The translations under genes and the position numbers were made by a program. A DNA stretch of 64,000 nucleotides. Source: Vicugna vicugna (taxonomy: Eukaryota). A model generated the notes under the pieces. The model searched no databases. It was not told where the DNA came from and was given only the letters and a program-made list of their open reading frames with translations. The stretch's first letter is position 1. Each line of letters starts with the position of its first letter. The stretch covers positions 1,751,102 to 1,815,101 of the forward strand of contig MU057724.1 in NCBI GenBank assembly GCA_013265495.1, given 5' to 3'. Of the stretch, positions 12,650 through 24,483 are shown piece after piece.

Positions 12650-13430
12650 GTGGGTGAGAAGCGTTGCAGGAGTCCCGCCCTTCGAACGGGGCCCAGCGTT
12701 CCCGCAGCTCCGCTCTGTGCCGGCTCTGCTGCGGGCGGGGCCCGGCCACCTCCCGTTCCGCCCGGGCCGGACCCTGCGGGGCAGCCGCCGTCCCCCCTCG
12801 GCCGCACGGAGCCTCGCGGGGCCTGCAGGAGGCACGCCGGCCCGGGCAGCTGGCTGCGGGCTGCAGCCGGGGGGCCCCGGGGCCCCGCCGGACCCTCGCC
12901 CTGCCCCTGGGCTGCTTGCTCCACTCCCTGCGCTCCCGTTCCCTCCTCAGCGAAACCGGTGTGAAGTCCTCGCTGTGAGAACTAACGACATAAAACACGG
13001 AGCGGGGCGCACTCAGCGGGTCCTCAGTGACCGGAGTTCTTGCCCCAGTTTTTTTTCGATTGAAGTAGCGTTGGCTCACAGCGCTGTTGGCTGCCGGTGT
13101 GCAGCTGAGTGACTCAGTCGTACGTGTATACACGTGTGTTCACTTTCTTACTCCTTTTAATTGCAGGTTTCTGCAAGACATTGAGCACAGCTCCCTGTGC
13201 TCAACAGGAGGTCCTTGTTGTCTACTTCATTTTTATTTTTATCTCCATTCTATTTAATTTATTTAAAAAAATTTTAAAGATGGAAGGAAGCGCAGGCAGT
13301 TTCCGATGTGGCGTCCGTGCCTGGCGCACCGCATCGCGCGTCGGTCGCACCTGCGCACGCCCGCGTCCGCGCTCGCGCTCCTTCTCCGCGCAACCGGGCG
13401 GGTGGGCGCCGGCCCGCCGTGCGCACCTAC
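12650..13430. promoter_or_regulatory. Intragenic CpG-dense GC peak
   Basis: Very high GC and CpG density at 12670-13020 and 13300-13430 within otherwise AT-rich intron. Confidence 0.6.
13048..13235 (-). mobile_element. L1 3'-end fragment, strongly GC-shifted
   Basis: T-run then ttgaagtag...ggtgtgcag...gtgactcag...tccctgtgct...ggtccttgttgtcta; collinear with the L1 tails at 15035-15406 and 16093-16522. Confidence 0.75.
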
Positions 13431-13519
13431 CTCCACTTGCTTTGAGCTTGACGGTCATTAGTTCTTCTGAGACCTTGCCCTTCTTGATGGCCTGCGCGTT
13501 GAGAGGACATCCAGACAAG
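13431..13519 (-). CDS. ST18: ST18 exon, 89 nt: (S)LSGCPLNAQAIKKGKVSEELMTVKLKASG(G)
   Basis: Acceptor cttttcacag|C, donor GGAG|gtaggt. Confidence 0.96.
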
Positions 13520-15034
13520 CTGTGAAAAGAGAAATTATACTGATGTGTGAACATCCACAAAAATTAGAATTCTGTGTCCCCCTCTTCCTGTTTCGGCCGC
13601 TGCCTGCTAAGTGCGCTGTCGTCTGAAGTCTCTCCGCAGGAAATAACGCTACCTGTGAAAACAAGAGCGAAGGACCCTCAAACACTGTAAGACGTTCTGC
13701 GTCTTTTCCCTTAAATCAAAATACAAATAGCTACTGTCGATACTTAATCACTTGCTGAAACGCTGCCGTTTTGCGTTGAACACGGCACCTCCCTTTAGCA
13801 GCCGTGATTCTCTGGAAAGGTAAGATGGTACCTGTGCAGTTTGCATAAGGATTGCTCCAAATGCGTCAGAATTCCACGCATAACAAAGTAGAATGCAGTT
13901 TCTCCTGACCTAGTGCTGGCCATACAGACCCAAAACACACCCCCTCCAAGGCAAATTCAGTCTGAGCAGGGGAAAGGCTGTCATGTTTTCTTTAACTTTT
14001 AGAACATCATTTGTCAGTAGAAAAATCTCTCCGTGAAAGGAAAATAAAAGAACGGCTGTAAGCACCTTCAGGTGCACTCGGTGCCGGGCAGCACAGGGCC
14101 CCGGCGGGGTCTGTTCACTTTTCCTGGCGAGCTGTGCCCTTCACCATGTGTTTCTGTCCTATAATATCATCTGTTTCATTTAAAGTGCACCAAAATGGTA
14201 CTGACAACATTGAACCAAGCTAATTTCCTGCAGTTCATGATAAGATGGTTTTGTTGTTCTCCACAGCCATTCATTCTCTTGCAATTTGGTTATATTTTTG
14301 GAGACACAATTTTTAAATACAATTAAAAATTATCATAATCAGCCATTTAAAATGTCTTTTCCCCAAAGAAATTTGGTTACAATTCACGCATGAAATCATT
14401 TTCAATCCAAAGATTAGAACACTCGGCAAAGTGAAAGAAAATTTTTCTGAAGCAGAGTCCTTAATAAATGTTTGCAGAATGAGAGTCTTTTTTAAGAATT
14501 TTAAATGATTCCATATTAAGATTATATGGAATAAAACAATAAGAGATAAGTAATATTACACATAAAAGGACAGCTATGTGGTTTGCCAGGATTTGATAAA
14601 TTATGAACTATTTTACACAGGAGAAAAAAATAATGAAAAAGCAGAAGCTGAACTGTGAACCTGATTTTTCTATTTTGGAAGCTCCTCGTTGTAAAGAGTG
14701 GCCTGCATAAGTTTACCTTTTTTTCCTGGAAAGTCTGCCCAAGTCTGTCTTGTTTTATGCCACACACTGTGTTCTCATGTTTAGTTGATAAGCTGGATTT
14801 TAACAGTGACCTGCAGGAAATCTGTTTGTAATACCTCCTCATAACGTCTCCGACTCTGCCCTCAGGATCTGCTGTGTCCAGACGACAGGGTGCTGACGTG
14901 TCCAGGTGTAACAGGGGTGTGGAAAGGTCATGAACCCCCACCCCCCCAAAACCAGAAGACTTAGAACCGAATACAGTGAAGTGATGGAAATGAGGCTTTG
15001 TTTTAAAAAATGCCACTGGAAAAAAATGTCATTC

Positions 15035-15406
15035 TAAAAAAAAAAAGATATAATGAGCTTATTTACAAACCAGAAATGTACTCACAGGTGTAGAAAACAA
15101 ACTATGGTTACCAAAGGGAAGAGGGGTTGGGGGAAGAGGAGATAAATCAGGGGTTTGGGGTTTGCAGATACAATTACTACTTATAAAATAGATAAACGAC
15201 AAGGACCTGCTGTGCAGCACAGGGAACTGTATGCCGCACTTTGTAATCACCTATAATGGAAAAGAATCTGAAAAACTATGTATGTATATATGTGTGTGTA
15301 TATATCTCTATATATATGTCTATATATATATATATATGAATCACTTTGCTGTACACCAGAAACTGACACAACATTGTAAATCAACTGACTTCAATTAAAA
15401 GAAAAA
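15035..15406 (+). mobile_element. L1 3' UTR fragment with internal (TA)n/(TG)n microsatellite and A-rich tail
   Basis: cttatttacaaaccagaaa...atggttaccaaagggaa...cagcacagggaact...gctgtacaccagaaactgacacaacattgtaaatcaact...aaaagaaaaa: typical laurasiatherian L1 3' end. Confidence 0.85.
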
Positions 15407-16092
15407 TCAAATCCCTAAAAAAATTTTAAAAAGTGCAACTGGGTGTTTTATGTCTCCCAATGTAGTTGTATCTTTCAGGATATAAAATAAATCCTAAATG
15501 TAAGAAAACTGAGGCAGGAAAATATTTTAAAAGTCCTGTTTCCTCTGGAGGATGGCCACGTCCTCTGCAAGTCTCAACCTCACTGCACAGGGAAAAAGGA
15601 AGGCTGGCTGAGCGTCACCTTGAGGGTCTGGGCTCCACACTGAAAAGGCAGGAAAAATGTGTCTTACACGGCTTGGACCAAATTCGCAGTTCTATTCAGG
15701 CACGTGAAGGCAATTTTAGACTATATCTTCACTTGCCCTGTTACAGCAGAATGGCCAATGACAAATCTGTGCAGTGGACGTCACTGTCTGTAATGTATTA
15801 ATAAACCTCAGTAAAAGTACAGAGCTATGGGTGGCACTAAACGAATTCCGTTCGTCACAGAACTTATGGTTTTAAAGCTGCAAACCTCCGTGATGATGTG
15901 TGTGTGTCTGTGCACTTAACATAGTATCGCTTGTCTTCTCAGCTGTTATTTTTTTCCAGAGTGGAAGTGTGTAACACTTAATGAAAGGTTTTAAAGTAAT
16001 TAGTATGTAAATGTAATGCTTGTATAATGCACACGTAATTGTTTTCAACTGTCCTCCAAGGTAAGTTTTGAATTATCCCCATTTTGCTGAAT

Positions 16093-16522
16093 CTTTTTGA
16101 TTAAATTAGTCAGTTTACAACGTTGTGTTAGCTCCTGGGGCGCAGCACAGTGAGTCAGTTACACATACGTATTACAAGGTATTGGGTACAGTTCCCTGTG
16201 CTACGCTGTAAGACCTCGTTGTTTATCATTTTATGTATCGTAGTTTGTATCTGCAAATTTTGAACTCCCAATCTATCCCTCCCCCCTTTCCCCTCTGGTA
16301 ACCATGGTTTGTTTCCTATGTCCGTGAGTCTGTTTCTGTTTTGTAAGTAAGTTTACTAGTGTCGTTTTTAAAGATTCCACATATGAGTGATATCATATGA
16401 TATTTTTCTTTCTCTTTCTGACTTATTTCACTTAGAATGATGATCTCCAGGTCCATCCCTGTTGCTGCAAATGGCATTATTTTCTTCTTTTTTTATGGCT
16501 GAGTAATACTTCATTGAATATT
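16093..16522 (-). mobile_element. L1 3'-end fragment
   Basis: gattccacatatgagtgatatcat...tctgacttatttcacttag...ccaggtccatcc..gttgctgcaaatggcattatt: reverse complement of the L1 ORF2 end and 3' UTR. Confidence 0.88.
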
Positions 16523-18924
16523 TATATTTATTTATTTATTTATTCAGGGTTTGTAAAGGTTTAAGGAGTTAAACCTCATGAGGAGCTTAAAGCAGGGCTC
16601 TCTGCTGGGACAAAGTGTCCTGAACAGAGGTTAGCTGCTGTTGGGCATCAGAAAGACAGCTGACCACCCTCAGGGTGTCAGGGCCGAGGTACAGAACAAA
16701 CAAAGACGTGCTGTAGGTCAGAACGTGCTTGTCCAGTGTGCCGTTCCTGCCTCACTGGATGGCCGCACACCTACACACACAGCCATGTGACTGTGCAAAA
16801 GGGAAAGGAGTTATCTGTGCTGAACATCTGGTATGTGCCCGGCAACAAGGTAGATATTTTATTATGCTATTTGTTTAAATCCTATGTATAGTTTTAAACA
16901 AAAGCATTCCACCCCAAAGGGAATATCCCAGATTAAATGTGGTCTCTTCCATCCTGTGAGTAATGAGTGAAAAACAGTGGAATCTGAATCACTCACTTGT
17001 CTAAACTTCTAATTATTTTTCTTCTTGTGGAAAGAGTCTCTGCATTGACACTGTAGCCTATGATTTTAACTCCTAATTTCCTTCTGCTTATTGTGAACTA
17101 AACAGTATGTACGCAGACACACACAATGTGTGTTTGCGGTTTAAAGAACGCCCTTGAGGAGAACACCCTGAATTCACCGCCAGGCACAAAACACGCTGAG
17201 ACCCCTGTGCCCCGAGTGACAGCAGTCGCCTGTCCCCCCGAGACAGCCGGCAACTAGAATTCGAGATGAATAATTATTTTGCCTTTTATTTCTTTTCCTT
17301 TTTATCTTTTTTTTTCGGAATAAGGAAGGATTTATTATTACTGGAAGCAAGTTAAGAACACTGGAGAGTTTTCCCAAACCAGTGTCTGTACCTCGCTTTT
17401 TAAAATGCAATTCTGTTGTATGTTTTTTCGCTGTTTGGAAACAGAATCATACCACACAGATGCCTCTGCGCTGCTTCCCACTCAGCACTTGCTCTAAACC
17501 CGCCTGCCGGTGCCTTTATGTCCACACCATGCAGGGGGCCCCGCACATGGAACCACTGCTGTTCCCGGCACTGCAGGCGGGCGTGGTGGGTGGTCCCAGC
17601 CTGGGGCAGGGGGAGCAGCGCTGCACCCTGGGACACGTCAGGTCTCCAGGCTCCAGGGAGCAGGCGAGGCTGCAGGGCGGCTGGACGGCAGGGCACCTGC
17701 ACCTGCACCTGCTTCCTTACATCTGACTCTGAAGGCAGTCGGCATCCTGACAGGGTTCTGCCGACTCCTCCTCCCCCTGCAGCACCCGGGGGTCCCCGCC
17801 GCTCCGCACCCTCCCCAGGCCTCGGCGGCATCATTTACGACTCCACGATTTTCACAGAGATTGTCTTGTTCTCACTGAGGGCTGTGCTCACCCCCGTCTG
17901 GCATTAGTATTTCACGATCAGGGTCAACACGGATCTTACAGGGTCCGCGATGAGGCAGGCCAGACGCTGCGGCCAGCGTGCCGTCAGGCGGCTTGACCGG
18001 GGCTGCCATTCCCGATCACAGGATGATGGCGCAGACTCAGGCGGACTCAGCGTGTGCTGCTGTGAACCCGACCGGGCGTCTGACAACCATCAGAAAACAA
18101 ACTACTTAAAAAGCGCAGCTTCTCTCCAGAAGCGGGTGTGGCTCTTGGAAAGCTTCATTTCCTGACGCCATTGATGACAGGTACCTCGAGGGTGGGACGG
18201 GCATCGAAATGCCCAGCGTGGCCCGTCTGCACCTGCGCATCAGCAGAGCTTCCATGGATCTGAACTCTGCACCACGCACGGGGGCCCCACCTGCAGGGTG
18301 TGGGGACTGAAGACACGGGTGGAGTCTCCCAGCTCCTCTCCTTGACGCAGAACGTGGGACAAAGCCCTGGACGAAGGTCAGCGATGCCTGCAGGCCGCCC
18401 GGGGATGAAGGCATCGCGTCACCGTGAGACTAGACAGCCCCGGGCCTCCCATTCTGTGTCTGTGGCAGTCACTGCGACGTGCTCTTTCTGGCCGCTGCTC
18501 CCAGCCACAAAAGAACTACAGTTTGGTCTGAGCTCGAGCCAGTCCCCAGGGGAAAGGATCGGCAGGAGTGTGTAAAGTGAAAGTTCACGGCCACACGGCG
18601 TCGGAGAGTCAGTATCACCCGTGGAACTGGAGCGAACCGTCCGGAGGCGGGTCCTTCACGAAGGGGCAGCAGGAGGAATATTTTGGAACAAAACCCACAC
18701 AAAGCTATCAGGGCCCTTGGAGAGTGTGCAGTGAGATTTCAGAAAGAGAGAAAATGACACTGCCCGTCCTTCAGACTAGGCAGATACCCAGCTGGCAAGA
18801 CTCGGCTGGAGTGACATCTAAGGGGCTCTGGTTAACGACCTGGGGGGGTCCTCTCGCCTCCCTCGAGCCATCCGGGACACAAACAACCACAACGATGCGA
18901 CAGAAAGACGGAGAGCGGGGTTAC

Positions 18925-19146
18925 CTCCGGTGGGTGACGAAGACGCTGTTGACGTGGCCCAGGCCGCTGCAGCCGGGCAGGGGGCAGTGCGGGAGCTCCT
19001 GCCTGTTCGGCTTCCCGGGGAGGGGCGCCCCGCTGAGCGGGCTCTCCTTCTGTCTCTTGGCGGCCAGGGGACAGCCGGAAGCCGTGCGGTGGGAGGTGTA
19101 TTTACCCGACACGTGACCTTGGCCGTCACACCCGACCACAGGGCAC
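18925..19146 (-). CDS. ST18: ST18 exon, 222 nt, zinc finger 5 and N-part of finger 6: [25 protein letters not shown]...[20 protein letters not shown]
   Basis: Acceptor gtctccctag|G, donor GGAG|gtaacc. Confidence 0.97.
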
Positions 19147-20004
19147 CTAGGGAGACACAGCAGAGACGTCACTTGCCAGGAGAGACCAGACGAGGCAGGT
19201 GCAGCCCTGAGCGAGGAAGGAGGCGGTGGCGAGTCCAAACCACCCGGGAGGCGAGGGGGGCGACGGCAGTGTCCAACAGATGCCCCTTCCACCCGGGAAC
19301 AGCCGGTGTTAGCAGCAGTGGTCCCCAGGCTCGGAGCTGAGCAGTTTGCATGCGTGAGATCAGGTAACCTTCTCTGCACACCTGGCGGGCAGAGATGCCA
19401 TTATCCCATCTTGTCGGCGGGGAGAAGGAGCTTCCGAGAGCTCGGGGAACTTGTCTCACACTTTACAAGAATGGAGTCAAGTGCTGGCCACACTTTGCAG
19501 CTCTAGAGACAGCCAGGTAAGGGCCGTGCTGGGGTCACGCCGTGTCCAGGCCGAGGCCGAGGGGAAAACAGACGCTTCCTCACCCTCTGTCACAGAGCCC
19601 CCTGCTCGTGGAGCAGCTGGTTTCCCAGTGTCTCAGGACTGTGTTTAGACTGCAGAGCGGGCGATTTGCGGGTCTGCCTGTGTCTGCACTTACCCCCCGA
19701 GGCCCCCCTATTTCGCAGAGGAGGGAATTCACTTTAGACAAAATTTCACCTTAAACAAAAGTAAAGGGTCAGGGAACACGCTGGCAGGTTTGTCACCCTG
19801 GCACACGGCCACAACGCTGCTTTCCTTTGAAACAGCTGGCTTCCCAGACCCCCTCCCCTCCTAGGGGGAGCCCTGCTGGAACGGGGAGGGTCCCTCCAGC
19901 CTCCAGGCCTCTGCCGCTGCTCCGGGGCCTCCTGGCCAAGGTCCCGCCGGCTCAACCCCCGAGCACCCCCTGCCCTGCGCTGGGGCCTCGGCCCCTGAAC
20001 TTAC

Positions 20005-20085
20005 TTGAGTTCAGGGTCCTCTTTCTCTTCCTTTGCAGGAGTCACCTTGACACCACCTTTCCTGGCGCGAGGACAGCCGGACAGG
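20005..20085 (-). CDS. ST18: ST18 exon, 81 nt: (S)[26 protein letters not shown](K)
   Basis: Acceptor gtttttcag|C, donor TCAA|gtaagt. Follows a 96-nt intron (20086-20181). Confidence 0.96.
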
Positions 20086-20180
20086 CTGAAAAACGGACCG
20101 GACAAAGAGCAAAGCAGAACCATGTGACCTCACGGGCGGCTGGACACTCGGCTTTCCACCCTCGGGGGGGCTCAGTCCTA

Positions 20181-20393
<213 letters not shown>

Positions 20394-22748
20394 TTAAAGG
20401 CGACGTTGAGCTGTGTAACTACTGCCCCATGCTCGGCAGACAACGTCTTAGGTGTTACCCTGCATTCTTTTTTTCCGCTTTTTAACCCTTATTCTGGAAG
20501 GAACCTGAAATTCTACCCACGGCTGACTGCTGGGCCTCTGTCTACATCCTGCGAAGTTCTTACCTCTTGCTTAAGAAAAAGAGTTGCCAAATTGTTTATG
20601 TGCATCATTTATTTTCTTTGATTTGCTCCACCCCCAGAGGGTCCTGCCAGTTCAGATGGACAACAGTGGTGTCTGGGGACCCCAGAGACCTGGCAGATTC
20701 CTGTAGATGCCAAAGGACTGAGGACATTTTGCACCTGCTTGGCCCTGCTTAGACGGCCTTTTGGAAAATCTACCATTAACTCCGACCAACAATCAACGTT
20801 TGAATTTGGAATCAGGAGCGTGAAGAAGGAAAGAGAATCCAATCCTACTTGGAATGCTAATTAGGAACAAGTTTTAAAATACACTTGAAGACAAAAATAC
20901 ACAGAGATTCTCACATTTCTGTTGCCTTTAAAAAATGCCAAATAGAAATGAAAACAGAGTCTGTCATAAAACGTTTGCTTCCCTGAAGGCCCTGTGGACA
21001 ACGTCATTGTGATTACTTCACTTGTACGCCCACCCTGGGGGCGGCTTTCTCCCCAAGCAAGAGTTTGAGGAAAATAGTAACCCAAAGAAGCATGTCAACA
21101 ACACTCCTTTTCGTCAGTTCTAACCCACTGAACCTCCACGGAAATGCCTCTTGTTCAATCTGGAGGCAAAGTACAGGGAGCGAATGCTTTTTTCAAAGGA
21201 AATGTGAAACCAGCACACATCTCGTCAAGGTCACCGGAGGACCCTGCTCTGGTCCTTGAATCAACCGCTTAGAGATTTAACATGTATTCTATGTTGTGGG
21301 CGAGGCACAGACGCTCGTCTTTTTCTATTAACATTTTTAGTAAAATGGTTAGTCATTTACTAACACATTGCTATCCTGGAGAAATCTGTGCCCAAAGCCT
21401 TGTTTTGCAGTCCTCCCCGACTGTCTAAGCCTGAGGTCAACGAAATGTCGCTTTTTCTCCTTTGTACAGAAGAAAGCCAGAGGTGCTGCATATCGGATGG
21501 CTGCACGAAACATGCCAACACCAAGTGTCGCTAGAGAACCTTGCAGTCGACATGCTTTCAACGTACTAGCGACGTTTCTTTTCTGGAAATAATGTTTAGA
21601 GAAAAGACTGAGAACCGATAGCTGTTTTAAAGATCTGGCACCGCAGAAGCTTAAAGCAATTGACTAAGACTGAATAAATGAGTGCTGAGTAATTGAGTTT
21701 AAGTAAGACTGAGGAAGAATGTCTGGCCCTTTTCTCAACCTGCTCATTAGTCTCCACGTCACATTCTTACATTTCGGTCTAAAAAAACGGTCGTCAGCCA
21801 GACGACTTCTAGAATCTACACTGACGATTAATTGTGCGTTCACTTTGAAAACGGGAACAGTTGCATATTTTATAGTTGTCTTTTCTAGTGACGGCGCTAA
21901 AGTTCAGCATTTTTATACCTGTTTAGTAAACGTCACATCTTCTTTCATGAACTTTTTGGGGTAATTTTTAGATAAATTTTAAACAAGTTAAAAAAATGAA
22001 AATATGAAGAAAATATTGAGAAAATATAATAACTGAAATTTTATGTGTCAGTTCGATACCAAATGTTGATTCTACGATTTACACAAATACTATTGTATCA
22101 CTAGACTTAGTTAGTAACACTCATTTTTCCTAAAATATTATTACGTGCAAATAAACTTTATCCACTTTGTTTAAGGTTATTCTCTAGCTTTTCTAAATGT
22201 ATGCCTTACTGTATTTTTAAAGGGCAGAGAGTAGATTGTAACTTTTTATTAGTCTATCTATATGATAATAACACACGAAAATAAGAGGTGAGGATCTTGG
22301 GCTAAAAGAAGGTAAGAGTAGATAAAAAAGCTAATAGCCATGTGACTCTGAGGTCCTGGAGACCAGGTAGGAATGAGCCCAAATTGTGTCCAGCACCCAA
22401 AAGTGAAAGGCAGCCCTGTGACTCAAAATGCCCAGAAGGCAAAGTGTCGTGTAGTTGTCTTGAAGTCAGAGAATGACGGGGCTTCCCGCACCCTCCTGGG
22501 TCTCATTTAGGACGTGAGCCCTGAGATGAACAGAATAATGACGTTGTGGTGAGCATCACTGCTTTAAAAAAAATATAAAACCCTGGAGGCCAGCAGAGTA
22601 ACCAACTTAAATGGCACGGAATCGGGCCTAGTCATTTGAACTTTTTGATACAAAAGCTCGTGGGTGGTCACTGAGTTGGGCGCCATCTGCCACGGGTTGG
22701 GGCCCCGCTGGTCGGACGAGGACCCGGAGGCTGGGCTCCCACACTCAC

Positions 22749-22817
22749 TTCAGCTCCTGAGAGTTAGCGGCCATGAGGGATTTCAGAGTCTTATCCGCCA
22801 GAGGACATCCGGACACA
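22749..22817 (-). CDS. ST18: ST18 exon, 69 nt: (S)VSGCPLADKTLKSLMAANSQEL(K)
   Basis: Acceptor ccctccgtag|T, donor TGAA|gtgagt. Confidence 0.96.
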
Positions 22818-23395
22818 CTACGGAGGGAGGAGAAAGGCAAAGACAGAAACACACAGGCTGACGCCCCAGCCCGATTCACCGGCAGCCGGAGCTTGTGAAC
22901 AACATGCTGAGTCCGCTGACGGGGTTGAGGAACGGAACCAGGTCTGAACCTGGCCCTGCTGCTCTAGCAGGTCTGGGCTCTGGGCACCTTAATTACTTCT
23001 CGTGGACTCAGGGTTGCTATGTACCAAATGAGGGGTTTCAGTGCAGGGAGACCCCCAGCGCCGGAACTCAGTGAGGCAGTGATGACAGACACTGGCCCCC
23101 CCCCAGCCCAGGGGTGAGTCAGGCGGGTGGAAGGGCCGGACGCAGCCTCTCTGCACCGCACAGCTTCGAACCCACCGCTGGCCGCCCGCCCGGGCCTGGG
23201 TCACGGCTGCCTGTCTTTGCTCTCGCTTGAGTCCTAAAGCCAGACAGGGCCAAAGCCCGGCGTAAACTGCCTCCGGGCCGCCGCCTGGCCTGCAGGATCA
23301 GAAAACCGTTTTTGACGAAACCAGTCTGATTTCTGTCCTACGTAAGTACACAGATGGAATGTTTAACTTTGCCTTGTTTCTGCAGAACAAAACTA

Positions 23396-23584
<189 letters not shown>

Positions 23585-24346
23585 TCAGCAAAAACACGGA
23601 ATTAGGGTCAAGTGCACTGCACAGGTTCGTCTGCTCTGTCTGATGGGTTACAGGGTAGCCTCCGTCTTCAAGGTCAGCTAACAGAGTCTAGGACACGCAG
23701 GAGCCGGCGAGCTAAGGATGTCGGGTCCATGAGCACCGGGCACAGGCTCAAGGGAAACTGGCCTGACCAGGAGGCACTGGTTTCCAGCATCACATCCAGG
23801 TGTCTGATTCAGGTGATGCAGGGGAGTGATGCTGAAACCTGTGTCCTGGTGACGCCTGTGGGTCTGCAGTCAAGGACTTCTACTCCTTTGAAGATACGAG
23901 TCATAAAAACAAATATTATAAACCTGGGCTTTGTCATGACAGCAGCTCTTAGGAATCCTGGCACCAGTTTTACCCCAGATTTCAAATAGAAATTCTTGTG
24001 ATTGTTTTTGGAAGAGAAGGATTACGTAGTAACGTCATAAACATGTCAGAAAACATCTGAGAAAGAAGACCCTTGAAAGTGCTTCATGTGACTGAAATGT
24101 GAACGGACACTCTAGACGGAAAGTTGCTGGCGGCACAGAAGTATTCGGGAAGTTCAGTTTATAAAGCTCGTGACCGGTTCCATCCAAAGGTTTGAACCCA
24201 GCAAAGATGCTCGCCAATTAAGCACCTCAGCAGCGAGCCCCCCAGGCTGTCTGCCCAAGACCAGAGTCTGTCCCGTGCACTTTGTTTATCTCAGAAACCG
24301 GTCCCATTCTATGCCTCTTAGGTGTGTTTTTAAAATAACACTAAAA

Positions 24347-24483
24347 GGGGAGGGCATAGCTCAGCGGTAGAGAGCCTGCTTAGCATGCACGAGGTCCTGC
24401 GGCAATCCCCAGTACCTCCATGAAATAATAAATAAATAAACCTAAAACTAAACCTAATTATCTTCCCCTAAATATAAAAAAAA
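24347..24483 (+). mobile_element. tRNA-Ala-derived SINE (camelid Vic-1-like)
   Basis: ggggagggcatagctcagcggtagag..gcttagcatgcacgaggtcctg..aatccccagtacctcca plus (aaat)n tail. Confidence 0.85.

Noticed and set aside
12521..13133. Multiple overlapping 100-160 aa Pro/Ala/Gly/Arg-rich ORFs (similar at 17400-17900, 45100-45990, 50900-51990)
   Set aside because: A by-product of high GC and low stop-codon density; no domain similarity or splice support.
24347..24420. tRNA-Ala(AGC)-like sequence (also at 52811 and 53170-53240)
   Set aside because: Broken acceptor/T stems, A-rich tails and a TSD show these are SINEs, not tRNA genes.
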